Shown here: positions 34,898-46,832 of the stretch, in pieces
Layout of the letters: each line of letters begins with the position of its first letter
How positions within the stretch are numbered: position 1 is the stretch's first letter
Origin: an uncultured Gemmatimonadales bacterium
Lineage (GTDB): Bacteria; Gemmatimonadota; Gemmatimonadetes; Gemmatimonadales; GWC2-71-9
DNA: 64,000 nucleotides
Direction: 5' to 3'
Assembly (NCBI GenBank): GCA_963711915.1
Contig: CAVQGA010000003.1
Span: 73,231-137,230 of the forward strand
Program-made: the position numbers and the translations under genes
Notes under the pieces: generated by a model
The model's input: the letters and a program-made list of their open reading frames with translations, nothing else
Database searches by the model: none
Told to the model about the DNA's origin: nothing

Positions 34898-37800
34898 ATG
34901 ACGTACCGGCTCACGGCACCCGAGGTCCTCCCATCGATCCGCTCCGACCGCCCCGCTGGCTCCGCCGTCTCCTCGCACGCCGCACAGACGCCCGCGAAGA
35001 CCTGCTGACTGGACCGATCCGCGGCGAGCTGCTCGGCGCCGAACGCCTCGCCGAACGCGCCCGGGCGGTCGCCGCGGGGCAGCGCCTGACCGCCCCGATC
35101 CAGGGCCGGCGGGGCACGCCGCTGCTCGGACGTCTCAACGGCACCCGCCGGATCCTGGAGAGCGCGCATGACCGGCTGACCGCGGCGGCGGATGAGGGCG
35201 CCGACGTGGGACCCGCCGGGGAGTGGCTGCTCGACAACTACCACGTGCTGCAGGAACACATCGGCGAGGTGCGCGAGAGCCTGCCTCGCGGCTACTACCG
35301 CGAGCTGCCGGAGCTGGCCACGGGCCCGCTGGCCGGCTACCCCCGGGTCTACGAGCTCGCGATCGTGCTGATCTCGCACAGCGAGGGCCGGATCGGGCTC
35401 GACAATCTCGGCGGGTTCTTCGCCGCCTTCCAGGAGGTCGCGGCGCTCACGATCGGCGAGCTCTGGGCGGTACCGGCGATGCTCCGCCTCGGCCTGATCG
35501 AGAACGTCCGCCGGATGGCGCTACGCACCGTTGGCCGCCTGGACGAGCTCGAGGCCGCCGACGAAGCGGCGGCGGCGATCGCGCGGGCGGGCGAGGCCGT
35601 GGGTTCGGGTCTCGACGCCGAGCTCGACCGGTTCGTGTCCGAGGGGCCGCCCCTCACGCCGACCTTCGTCTCCCGGTTCCTGCAGCAGCTCCGCGTCGAG
35701 GGTGGCGCCATGCCCGCGATCCTCCGGGTGGAGCAATGGATCGCGGAGGAGGCCCTCGGCGCCGAGGAGGCCACGGCCCGGGCCACCCAGCGCCTGGCGC
35801 TCACCCAGGTCGTCATGGCAAACAGCATCACCAGCCTCCGTACCATCGCCCGGATGGACTGGAAGACGTTCGTCGAGGGCCAGAGCCGCGTCGAGGCGAT
35901 CCTGAGGGAGGATCCGTCAGGCTTCTATCCGCGGATGACGTTCGCCACGCGCGACGGCTACCGGCACGTGGTCGAACAGATCGCGCGGCGCACCCGGCGG
36001 TCCGAGCCGGCGGTGGCCCAGCTCGCGATCGACCGGTCGCGCGCCGCGTTCCGCCAGGAGACGGAGGATCCGCGCCTGGCGCACGTCGGCTACTACCTCA
36101 TCGACGACGGTCTCCCCGAGCTGGAACGAGCCACCGGTTACCGACCTCCCGTCGGGGACGCCGTGCAGCGCTGGGTGCGGCGCCGCCCCGACGCGGTATT
36201 CATGGGCGGGGTGCTGTCGGCTACCGCGGCGGCGCTCGCGGCGGTCCTGTGGCTGGGCGGGCCCGCCGTTCGGGCGGAGTGGGTGGTCGTGCTGATCCTG
36301 GCGCTGATCCCCGCCAACGACATCGCGGTGAACGTCATCAACCAGCTGGTCACGGCCTTCCTCCCGCCCCGCACGCTCCCCAAGCTGGACCTCCACGAGC
36401 ACGGCGTGCCTCCCGAGTTTCGCACGGCGGTCGTGATCCCGACCCTGTTCGGCAGCGTGGACGCCGTGCGTGAAGCGCTGGAGAACCTCGAGGTGCAGTT
36501 CCTGGCCAACCGTGAGGCGCACCTCCACTTCGCGGTGCTGAGCGATTTCACCGACGCCTCCACCGAGACCCGCCAGGACGACGATGCCATCGTGGCCGCG
36601 GCCGTCGAGGGGGTGCGGGCACTCAACGCCCGGTACGCCGAGGGCCGGGAGGACGCGTTCTACCTCTTCCATCGTCCCCGGCGCTGGAACCCGCACGAGA
36701 GCGTGTGGATGGGCTGGGAGCGGAAGCGCGGCAAGCTGGCGGAGTTCAACCGGTTCGTGCTGACCGGCCGGCAGGAGGGCTTCAGTGTCGTGGCGGGCGA
36801 CCTGGAACCGATCCGGAGCGTGCGTTACGTGATCACGCTCGACGCGGACACGGTGCTTCCGCCTGACGCCGCGCCGCTCCTGGTCGGGGCGCTCGCGCAC
36901 CCGCTCAACCGTGCCGTGTACGATCCGGCGCTCGGCCGGGTCGTACGCGGCTACGGCATTCTGCAGCCCCGGGTCGGCGTGTCGCTCCCCAGCGCGCACC
37001 GCTCGGTGTTCGCGTCGATCCACTCGGGGCACCCGGGCGTGGACCCCTATACCACCGCCGTGTCGGACGTGTACCAGGACCTGTTCGGCGAGGGCAGCTT
37101 CACCGGCAAGGGCGTCTACGACGTCGCGGCGTTCGAGCAGGCGACGCACGGCCGCTTTCCCGAGAACACCCTCCTGTCGCACGACCTCATCGAGGGGAAC
37201 TACGCGCGCGCCGGCCTGGCCACCGACGTCATCGTGTATGACGACTATCCGGCGCGCTACCTCAGCTTCTCCCGCCGAAAGCACCGGTGGATCCGGGGCG
37301 ACTGGCAGCTCCTGCCGTGGCTCACGCCCCGCGTCCCCGGACCCGGGGGACGGGAGCGGAACCGGCTGTCGCTGCTCTCGCGCTGGAAGATCGTGGACAA
37401 TCTGCGCCGGAGCGTGACCGAGCCGGCGCAGCTCGTCTTCCTGGCCGTGGGCTGGACCCTGCTCGCGGTGTCGCCGGTCCGCTGGACCCTGCTCGGGCTC
37501 GGCGCGGTGGCGGCGCCGTGGATCGTCGCGCTGGTGCTTGCCCTGATTCGTCCGCCGCTCGACAAGTCGTGGCGCGCGTACTATGGCGCGGTGGCGCGCG
37601 ACGCCGTCACCAGCGCCCAGCAGGTGAGCCTCGCGCTGGTGTTTCTCCCCCACCAGGCGTGGGTCTCGGCCGATGCGATCGTCCGGACGCTCTGGCGCAT
37701 GGCGGTATCCCAGCGCCACATGCTGCAATGGCAGACGGCGTCGCAGATCGAGCGCGGCCTCACGAATTCGGCGCGCCTCGCCTGGCGCGCGATGTGGCCC

Positions 37801-40800
37801 GCCGTGGCGATCGCGGCCCTGTTGCTCGTGGCGGTCTGCTGGCGCGTGTGGCACCAGGCCCTGCCGCCCTGGTCGGTCGCCGTCGCGGTGGTGCCCCTGC
37901 TGCTCGCGTGGATGGCGTCACCGTCGGCGGCGTACGCGCTCGGCGTTCCGATGGTCCACCGCGACCACCGGCTGCCGACGGACAGCCGGCGCCAGGCGCT
38001 GCGCTACGCGCTCCTGCACTGGCGCTACTTCGACCGGTTCGTCACGGCGGAGACCGCGTGGCTCGCGCCGGACAATTACCAGGAGACCCCCGAGCCGGTC
38101 GTGGCGATGCGCACCTCGCCGACCAACATCGGGCTGCAGCTGCTGGCCACCGTGAGTGCCCGGGACCTGGGCTTCATCACGCTCGACGACATGGCCCGGC
38201 GGCTGGAGCTCGCCCTTCGGTCGCTGGAGCGGATGCGGCGTTTCCGAGGCCACTTCTACAACTGGTACGACCTGCGCGATCTCAGCGTGCTGGAGCCGGC
38301 CTACGTGTCCACGGTGGACAGCGGCAACCTGGCCGGCCATCTGATCGCGCTCCGCCAGGCGTGCCTCGGGATGCTCGACGAGCCGGTCGCGGACGGCCGC
38401 CTCTGGCGCGCGCTCGAGATCGCCGTTGCGCTCGCGGAGGAGCGGCTCCGGCCGCTGGCCCAGGCCGGCGCCGCCGCCCGGCAGCTCCAGGCCGCGCGCA
38501 CCGCCCTGACGGAGTCCCGGCGCCAACCGACCTCGATCCCGGCCCTCGCTGCGGTCACGAACCCGCTGGAGCTCGCGCGCACCGAGCTCGCCGCCGCGGC
38601 ACTGCCGCCCGACGAGCTCCGTGCCGCGACCGAGTGGATAACGTGGAGTCTGGGCCTGATTGCGGCGCACTGCGCGTGGGCGGAACAGGTCGACGCGCCG
38701 CAGTTCGTGACCCTGCGCGAGCTCATCCCCGACTCCCCCAACGCGGCCCGGCTCATGCGCCGGCTCGAGGCGATCGCGGGACGGGCCTACAGCTACGCCA
38801 TGGAGATGGACTTCCGGTTCCTGTTCGACGATGCCCGGAAGCTGTTCGCCATCGGGTTCCAGGAGAGTACCCACGCGCTCGACGGCTCGTACTACGATCT
38901 GCTCGCCTCCGAGGCGCGGCTGGCGAGCTTCGTCGCGGTGGCCAAGAACGACGTGCCGGCCGACCACTGGTTCCGTCTGGGCCGGACGATGACCTATGCC
39001 GCCGGCGCGCCGTCGATGGTGTCCTGGAGCGGCAGCATGTTCGAGTATCTGATGCCGGTCCTCGTGATGCGGGCGTTCCCGTTCACCCTGCTCGCCCAGA
39101 CCTACGACGGGGCGCTCGACCGGCACGTGGCGTATGGTGCCGAGCGCGGAGTCCCCTGGGGAGTGAGCGAGAGCGCCTACAACCTCCGCGACCGGCATCT
39201 CACCTACCAGTATCGTCCGTTCGGCGTGCCTGATCTGGCCCTCAAGCGCGGGCTCGGGCGCGACCTGGTGGTCGCGCCCTACGCCTCGGTGCTGGCGTCC
39301 ATGATCGATCCCCAGCGCGCGCTCGCCAACCTCACGCAGCTCGAGGCCACCGGCGCGCTCGGCCCCTACGGCTTCCGGGATGCACTCGACTATACCCGGC
39401 CCGAGGCCGGCCGCCGCTACGCGGTGGTCGGGACGTTCATGGCGCACCACCTCGGCATGGGGCTCATCGCGCTGACCAACACGCTGACCGCGCAGGTCTG
39501 GCAGCGCCGGTTCCATACCGACCCGGTGGTGCGCTCGGCCGAGCTGCTCCTGCACGAGCGGATCCCGCGCCGCCTGGTGCTGCAGGAGCCGCAGGCCGCC
39601 CGGCCGGACGAGGCGCTGCCCGAGGCCGAGGTCGAGCGGCCGTCGGTGCGCGAGATCGACGCGCCTGACTCGCCCGCCCCGCACGTCGCCCTGCTCGGGC
39701 ACCTGCCCTACACCATCATGGTGAGCCACTGCGGCGGCGGGTACAGTCGCTACGAGTCGCTGGCGGTCAGCCGGTGGCACTCCGACGGGACCCGCGACGC
39801 CACGGGACAGTTCTGCTACGTGAAGGACGTGGCGAGCGGCCGCGTGTGGTCGGCCGCGCACCAGCCCGTCTGCGCGCCCGCGGATTGGTACCACGCGTTC
39901 CTGGCGACCGACCGCGTCACCTTTCACCGCGCCGACGGCCGGATCGAGACCCGCACGGAGATCGCGGTGGTCCCCGAGGATTCGGCCGAAGTGCGCCGCG
40001 TCACGGTGACCAACAACGGCGACGAGACGCGCGAGATCGAGCTCACGAGCTACGGCGAGATCGTGCTCGCGCCGCCCGAGGCGGACCGCGCGCACCCGGC
40101 GTTCGGCAACCTGTTCATCGAGACCGAGTGGCACGAGTGGTGTAGCGCGATCACCGCGACCCGGCGCCCGCGCTCGGCGAAAGAGCAGCCGCTCTGGTGC
40201 GTACACGTGGTCGATACGGGCGCGGAGCGCGTCGGCGAGGTGAGCTGCGAGACCGACCGCGCCCGGTTCATCGGCCGCGGCCGCTCGACCCGCGACCCGG
40301 CCGCGCTCGAGACCGGCGGGCCGCTGTCGGGCACGGCCGGCGCGGTGCTCGATCCCGTGTTCGCGCTCCGGACGCGGGTCCGGCTCCAGCCCGGACAATC
40401 GGCGTCGGTGGCGTTCACCACCCTGGTCGCCCCCACCCGTGACCGCGCGTTCGAGCTGGCCGACCGCTACCACGACCCGCACGCGGCACAGCGCGCGCTC
40501 GACCTCGCGTGGACCTCGAGCCAGGTGGAGCTCCGCGAGCTGAGCATCACGCCGGCCGAAGCGGCCGTGTTCCAGGAGCTCGCCGGGCACCTCTTCTACG
40601 GCAGCCCGTCGCTGCGGGCGCCCCAGGCCGAGCTCCGCCGGAATCGCGGCTCCCAACCGCAGCTCTGGGGCGTCGGCGTCTCGGGCGACTGGCCCATCGT
40701 CCTGGCCACGATCGATTCGGGGGACGGGCTGCCCACCCTGCGCCAGCTCCTGGCGGCGCACCGCTACTGGCGCCGCCGCGGCATGACCGTGGACCTGGTC

Positions 40801-43679
40801 ATCCTCAACGCGCATCCGCCGAGCTACCTCCAGGACCTGGGCGACCGCATCACCGCCGCGGTGTTCGCCTCGGGCGATGCCGGCGTGGTCGACCGCTCCG
40901 GCGGCGTCTTCGTCCGGCGGACGGACCTGTTGGCCGCGGACGCGCTCCTCATGCTGCGCGCCACGGCCCGGGTCCACATTCCGTGCGACGGGCGGCCTCT
41001 GGGCCGGATCCTGGTCAGCGCGATGGCCGCGGTCGAGCCGCTGGACGACGAGCTCGACGCGCACCTCCCCGAGACCCGGGCGCCCATGCGGAGCGACTCG
41101 CGCGTGATCCGGGCGGTCCGGCGGATCGGCGCCCGCCTCCCGGCACTGCTCGCGCCGCTCTCCGTCCCGCACCCGCATCCCAAGCCGGCCACGCGCTCGG
41201 CGGCCCCGGCGCCGCCGCCGGGGTTCGACAACGGTTTCGGGCGGCTCGATCCTGAAGGCGACTACGAGCTGCTGGTGGCCGGCGACCGGGTCCCTCCGGC
41301 ACCGTGGGCCAACATCATCGCCAACGCGCACGGCGGCTTCGTCGTGACCGAACGGGGCGGCGGGTTCACCTGGGCGGAGAACAGCTACTTCTTCCGCCTG
41401 ACGCCATGGCACAACGACCCCGCGGCCGACCCGGTGAGCGAGGCGCTCTACCTGCGCGACGCCGAATCGGACGAGCTCTGGTGCGCCACCCCGGGACCAG
41501 TCCGGGTGGACACGCCCTACACGGTGAGGCACGGCGCGGGGCGCTCGACCTTCGAGCATGCGCGCGGCGGCATCGCGACCCACTACACCCTCGGGATGGC
41601 GGACGACGCCCCGGTCAAGCTCGGCCTGCTTCGGGTGACCAACACGGGTGAGCGCCCGCGGCGCCTGGACGTGACGTCCTACGTCGAGTGGACGCTCGGC
41701 GTGATGCGTGAGCATACCCAGCACCAGATCTGCACCAGCTTCGACCGCGTCCACGGCGCGATCCTGGCGAGGAACACCTTCGACCCGCAGTTCGCGGGCT
41801 GGACGGCGTTTCACGCCATCACCGAGCCGGTCACGGGGTTCACGGGCGGCAGGCGCGAGTTCCTGGGGCGGAACGGCGCCACCCAGGATCCGGCGGCCCT
41901 GTGCGTGGACGCTCCGCTCTCGGGGACGACCGGCGCGGGTATCGACCCGTGCGCCGCCCTACAGTGCGTGCTCGAGCTCGAGCCCGGCCAGACCCGGGAG
42001 CTGGCGATCCTGCTCGGCGCGGCGCCGGAAGAGAGCGCCGCGGGCCGGGCCCTCGAGGAGCTCCGCGACGTCGGCCGCGCCCGGGCCTCGCTCGACCGGT
42101 CAGCCGCGCGCTGGCGCGAGCGGCTCTCGGTCGTCACCGTGCGAACGCCCGAGCCCGCGTTCGACGCGATGATCAACCGGTGGACCCTGTATCAGGCGCT
42201 CGCCTGCCGGATGTGGGCCCGCTCGGCGCTCTATCAGAGCAGCGGGGCCTACGGGTTCCGCGATCAGCTTCAGGACGTGATGGCCTTCGTCTACGCCGAG
42301 CCGGCGCTGGCACGCGAGCATATCCTGCGCGCCGCCGGCCGCCAGTTTCTGGAAGGAGACGTGCAGCACTGGTGGCACCCGCAGACTGGACGCGGTGTGC
42401 GGACCCGGTTCTCCGACGACCTCGCCTGGCTGCCCTATGTGGCGGACCACTACATTCGCACCACCGGGGACGCCTCGGTGCTGGACGAGTACGTGCCCTT
42501 CCTCAGCATGCCGGAGCTCAAGCCGGAGGAGGACGAGGTCTATGACCTGCCGCAGGTCACCGACGAGCACGGCAGCGTGTACGAGCACTGCCTCCGAGCT
42601 CTCCGCCGCGCGTCCACGGCGGGAAGCCATGGCCTCCCGCTCATCGGCATCGGGGACTGGAACGACGGCATGAACCGCGTGGGGGTGGAGGGCCGGGGCG
42701 AAAGCGTGTGGCTGGCGTGGTTTCTGGTCACCACCCTGCGCGCGTTCAGCGCGCACGCGGAGGCGCGGGGCGACCACGGCGTCGCGCGCGAGATGCGGCG
42801 GCAGGCCGACGCCTACGTCACCGCGGTCGAGGCCCACGGGTGGGACGGCGGTGGTACCGGCGCGCCTACTTCGATGATGGCACGCCGCTCGGCTCGCTCG
42901 GAAGCGACGAGTGCCGCATCGACTCGATCGCGCAGAGCTGGAGCGTCATCTCCGGCGCCGGCGACCCGGCGCGCCGCGCGCTCGCGATGCGCTCGCTCGA
43001 GGAGCATCTCGTGCGCGAGGACGCGCGGCTCGTGATGCTGCTGACGCCGCCGTTCGACGCGACCCCCAAGGATCCCGGGTACATCAAGGGCTACCTGCCG
43101 GGCGTCCGGGAAAACGGCGCGCAGTACACCCACGCCGCGCTCTGGGCGGTGCTCGCGACCGCGCTCCAGGGCAATAGCGACCGCGCCTTCGAGCTGTTCC
43201 AGATGCTCAACCCCCTCACCCACGCGCGCACGCCGGCCGAGGTGGCGACCTACAAGGTGGAGCCCTATGTGGTGGCCGCCGACGTGTACACGGCCGAAGG
43301 GCAGCTGGGGCGCGGGGGCTGGACCTGGTACACCGGCTCCGCGAGCTGGATGTATCGAGTCGGGTTGGAAGGCATTCTCGGGCTGGACAAGCGGGGAGAG
43401 ACCCTGTTCGTGACGCCACGCGCACCGGCGGCATGGCCGGAGTACACCATCGAGTACCGGCACGGCGCGAGCCTCTACGTCATCGTCGTCCGGTCCGAGG
43501 ACGGCGGGGGGGCGGCCCTCACCATCGACGGGGTCGTCGCGACGGAACCGGGCATCCCGCTGGTGGACGACGGCCGGCAACACGCGGTCACGGTCCGGCG
43601 CGCGCTATCGGCCGAGGCCGAGTCGGCCGGCGCGACGAGGCCGGACGCCGAGCGTCAGACGACCGTCAGCTCCGATTGA
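34898..43679 (+). CDS. cgs: cyclic beta-1,2-glucan synthase (Cgs/NdvB/ChvB family: GT84 + GH94 domains), frame interrupted by two apparent 1-nt indels
   Basis: Listed ORF 35206-43035 plus the frame-0 ORF 42708-43679 together give a ~2900-aa protein. It carries VIPTLFGSVDAV, ITLDADTVLPPDA, RWIRGDWQLLPW, DWNDGMNRVG and RENGAQYTHAALW. The conserved N-terminus (LLTGPIRGELLGAERLAERA) lies upstream of 35206 with no in-frame start. An ATG at 34898 sits in the adjacent frame. Confidence 0.85.
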
Positions 43680-44833
43680 TACTCTCGCGGCGTGATGACG
43701 ATCTCCAGCTCTCCTATCACCACGTTGACTTCGCTCCGGACGCCGGTCTCCTCCGGGAGATAGACACCCGGCTCCACCGAGAAGCCCACCCCCGGAATCA
43801 GCAGTCGGTCGTCGCGCGTCTCGGTGTCGTCGATCGGGGGGCCGAAGCCGTGCAAGCCATACCGGTCGATCGAGTGGCCGGTGCGCGACACCGTGAAGTC
43901 GAGATAGCCCGCCTCCGCGATGACCCGTTTGGCCGCCGCGTCGCCCTCGGCGCCCTGAACCGGCTCGCCGGCGCGCACCCGCCCGCCGATCAGTCCCAGC
44001 GCGGCGTCGCGCGCGGATCGCACCACCTGCCACAGGCGGGCGTCGCGCTCGCTCGGCGGGCCGATGGCCGCCATCCAGGTCTGGTCGGCGTAGATCCCGT
44101 CCGGCTCCTTGGCCCAGAGATCCACCAGCAGCAGCGCGCCGGACACGATCGGCGCGCTCACCGCGGCGGTCGGGTCGTAATGCGCCCGCGCCGCGTTGGG
44201 GCCCCAGCTCACGCTCGGGCCGCTGTCCGTCACCAGCCCCGCGCGGTCGAACCGCTCCCGGATCCACACCGCGAGCTGGTGCTCGGTCATCGGCGCGCCG
44301 CGAGCCGCCGCGGCGCCGGCGAGCGCCATCCCCTCGCGCGCGATCGCCGCGATCGCCTCCGCCGCGCGCCGATGGGAGGCGAGGTCCTCAGCGCTCCACA
44401 CGGCGCAGTAGCGCGTCACCAGCTCGGCCGACGTCGTGAGCGTCGCGCCCAGGCCGCGCAGGAGCTCGAACACGCCGGCCGGCACGCCGTCCAGGTAGGG
44501 GATCGCGCCGTTCGGTGAGTAGTCCACCGCCAGGCGCTTGCCGCGCACCAGGGCGCCCAGCCCGGCCGTGAGCTGGTCGCGCTGGACCCACAGCCGCTTG
44601 GGCCACGCCGCGGGCCACCCGCGCCAGAGCTCGGCGTCGACGCCATGCACCAGCGCGGTGGGCGGCCCGGCGGGCGGAATCAGGACGTACACCCGCCGGC
44701 TGCCCACGATCTCGCCACCGAGCACCGCCGCGGCGATCGGGTTCCGCCCGCGGAAATCGAACAGCAGCCAGCCGTCCACGCCCGCCGCGGCGACCAGCGG
44801 TTGCAACCGGGCCAGCTCGGCCGGTCCGATCAC
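43655..44833 (-). CDS. M24 family metallopeptidase (Xaa-Pro aminopeptidase-like)
   Basis: Only the last 393 codons of listed ORF 43655-46570 are protein-like. A GTG at 44833 overlaps the upstream stop (GTGA). Motifs LLLVDLWA, TGHSIDRYGLHG, GFSVEPGVY, RSEVNV. Confidence 0.8.
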   Translation of the reverse strand: MIGPAELARLQPLVAAAGVDGWLLFDFRGRNPIAAAVLGGEIVGSRRVYVLIPPAGPPTALVHGVDAELWRGWPAAWPKRLWVQRDQLTAGLGALVRGKRLAVDYSPNGAIPYLDGVPAGVFELLRGLGATLTTSAELVTRYCAVWSAEDLASHRRAAEAIAAIAREGMALAGAAAARGAPMTEHQLAVWIRERFDRAGLVTDSGPSVSWGPNAARAHYDPTAAVSAPIVSGALLLVDLWAKEPDGIYADQTWMAAIGPPSERDARLWQVVRSARDAALGLIGGRVRAGEPVQGAEGDAAAKRVIAEAGYLDFTVSRTGHSIDRYGLHGFGPPIDDTETRDDRLLIPGVGFSVEPGVYLPEETGVRSEVNVVIGELEIVITPREYQSELTVV

Positions 44834-46530
44834 CGGCCCGCGCCGGTGGCCGGCGACGCCAGCTTCGCCCGCTCCACCCAGCGGGTGTCGATGAAGAAGT
44901 CCTCGTCCACGCGGAAGGCGTCGGGGCGCTCGAGCGCCAGCGTCGTCGTCTGCCATTGCTCGGTGGGCGTGAGCCGCATCTCCCGCTCGGGCCCGACCAC
45001 CACGTCCACCGGCATCGCGAAGCCGGGCACGACGTCCGCCCAGCGGTACGTGAGGGCCGTGCCCTCGAGATGGTACTCGAGCGCGGGCAGCTTGGTCGTG
45101 GTGAGGTACTGCGCGAACACCTTGCCGAGGTCCACCCCCGCTTTCGCGCTGATGTACTCCTGCACCTGGCGGCCGGTCACGATCCGGTGCCGGAACTCGG
45201 CGTTGAGCCCCCGCAGAATGGCCCGCCACGTCGTGTCGTTCGCGATCACCTGGCGGATGGTGTGCAGCATGTTGCCGCCCTTGTAGTACATGTCGGCCGA
45301 GCCCTCGACGTTCACCCCGTAGGGCCCGACGATCGGCTTGTCGTTCTTGACGTTCTTGCGCGCACCGCGGACGTAGGCCGCGCCGGCCGCCTTGCCGTAC
45401 TGGCACTCGGTGAAGATCGACTCCGAGTAGTTGGCGAAGCTCTCGTGCACCCACATGTCCGCCACGTCCGCCGTGGTGATGTTGTTGCCCCACCACTCGT
45501 GGGCGCTCTCGTGGATGACGATGAAGTCCCAGGTGAGGCCCCAGCCGGTCCCCGAGAGATCGGTGCCCTTGTACCCGTTGTGGTAGCCGTTGCCGTACGC
45601 GACCGCGCTCTGGTGCTCCATCCCGAGGTGCGGCGCCTCGATCAGCTGGTAGCCGTCGGCATACCACGGATAGGGCCCGAACCAGTGCTCGAAGCACTGG
45701 AGCATCGGCTTCACCTGGCGCCACTGCTCGCGCGCGGCGTCGAGGTGGGCGGCGAGCGGCCAGAAATCGAGCGTGAGGTGTCCGGCTTCGCCCTCGAACG
45801 CGTCGGAGAACTGGGCGTAGCGGCCCACGTACGGCGCGACGTCGTAATTGTTGATCGGATTGGTGACGAACCACTCCCAGGTGGACCAGCCGTCGGCCCC
45901 GCGCTCGATGCCGCGGAGCCGGCCGTTGCCAACGGCCGTCAGCGAATCGGGAACCGTGAGGGCCACCCGCTGGCTGTCCGGCTCGTCGGCCTGCGTGTCC
46001 TTGTTCGGCCACCAGACGCTGGCGCCCAGGCCCTGGCAGGCGGTGGAGATCCAGGACCCGCCGTCGGGGTCCCGGGCCCAGATGAGCCCGCCATCCCAGG
46101 GCGGCCGCACGGCCACTCGCGGTCGGCCGTGATAGTAGACCGTGACAGTCTTGAGCGCGCCCTTGGACTGCCGTGACCCCGGGGTCACGAAGAACGCATT
46201 TCCATCCCGGCGGTAGACCAGCCGCCGCCCGTCCTGGACCACGCTGTCGATTTCGAGCGGAACCTGGAGGTCGATCTGCATGTCGCGCGAGGACCCCTTC
46301 ACCCGGTAGGTGATGCCATTCCAGCCCCGAAGCGTGCTGTCCGAGGGGTCGAGCCTCACGTGCAGATCGTAGAACACGACGTCCCACCAGGCCCGCTCGG
46401 GTGTGATGCTTCCCCGGAGCGTATCGGCGTGGGTGTAGGCGGCCTCCTGAGCGGTGACGCGGGCGAGGGGGAGGCCGGCCAGCAGCACAGCCAGGCGGCA
46501 CAGGTGACGAACGCGCTGGGGGATGGTCAT
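44830..46530 (-). CDS. M1 family zinc metallopeptidase (aminopeptidase N-like), secreted
   Basis: Signal peptide MTIPQRVRHLCRLAVLLAGLPLARVTAQ. Zinc motif HESAHEWWGN...WVHESFANY. Confidence 0.9.
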   Translation of the reverse strand: MTIPQRVRHLCRLAVLLAGLPLARVTAQEAAYTHADTLRGSITPERAWWDVVFYDLHVRLDPSDSTLRGWNGITYRVKGSSRDMQIDLQVPLEIDSVVQDGRRLVYRRDGNAFFVTPGSRQSKGALKTVTVYYHGRPRVAVRPPWDGGLIWARDPDGGSWISTACQGLGASVWWPNKDTQADEPDSQRVALTVPDSLTAVGNGRLRGIERGADGWSTWEWFVTNPINNYDVAPYVGRYAQFSDAFEGEAGHLTLDFWPLAAHLDAAREQWRQVKPMLQCFEHWFGPYPWYADGYQLIEAPHLGMEHQSAVAYGNGYHNGYKGTDLSGTGWGLTWDFIVIHESAHEWWGNNITTADVADMWVHESFANYSESIFTECQYGKAAGAAYVRGARKNVKNDKPIVGPYGVNVEGSADMYYKGGNMLHTIRQVIANDTTWRAILRGLNAEFRHRIVTGRQVQEYISAKAGVDLGKVFAQYLTTTKLPALEYHLEGTALTYRWADVVPGFAMPVDVVVGPEREMRLTPTEQWQTTTLALERPDAFRVDEDFFIDTRWVERAKLASPATGAGR

Positions 46531-46832
46531 CCGATGTGAGCCTCGAGGCGGCCGAGAGCCGGTGTCGCACGCGGAAACGGGCGGGCTACACTACGGGGGT
46601 GCGATCGACCCGTTTCAGTGAACCGTGAGCCAGTATGAAAGTCGCATTCGCAGGTCTGGGCAACGTGGGCCACCCGGTGACGACCCACGTCCTCTCGGCC
46701 GGCCACACGTCGCCGGTCCACAATCGCGGCCGGAGCGCGCCGGTCGACCGTATCGCCACCCCTCGCCCTAGCACTCCGGCGTCCGGGCCCCCACATTGGA
46801 ACACCTCGCCGAGCAGGCACAGGAGGTCCGCC

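Noticed and set aside
35206-35208. GTG 35206 as the cgs start codon
   Set aside because: Conserved N-terminal sequence (LLTGPIRGELLGAERLAERA...) is encoded in the same frame upstream of it.
37918-41814. 1298-aa ORF on the minus strand inside cgs
   Set aside because: It is antisense to a strongly conserved coding region. Its translation is dominated by Arg/Gly/Pro/Ala runs with no recognisable motifs. This is typical of stop-poor shadow frames in very GC-rich DNA. The same reasoning applies to 35917-37854 (-).
43655-46570. 971-aa minus-strand ORF
   Set aside because: The upstream 578 codons are a shadow frame of the M1 peptidase gene (44830-46530). Only the C-terminal 393 codons (the M24 peptidase, from GTG 44833) are credible.
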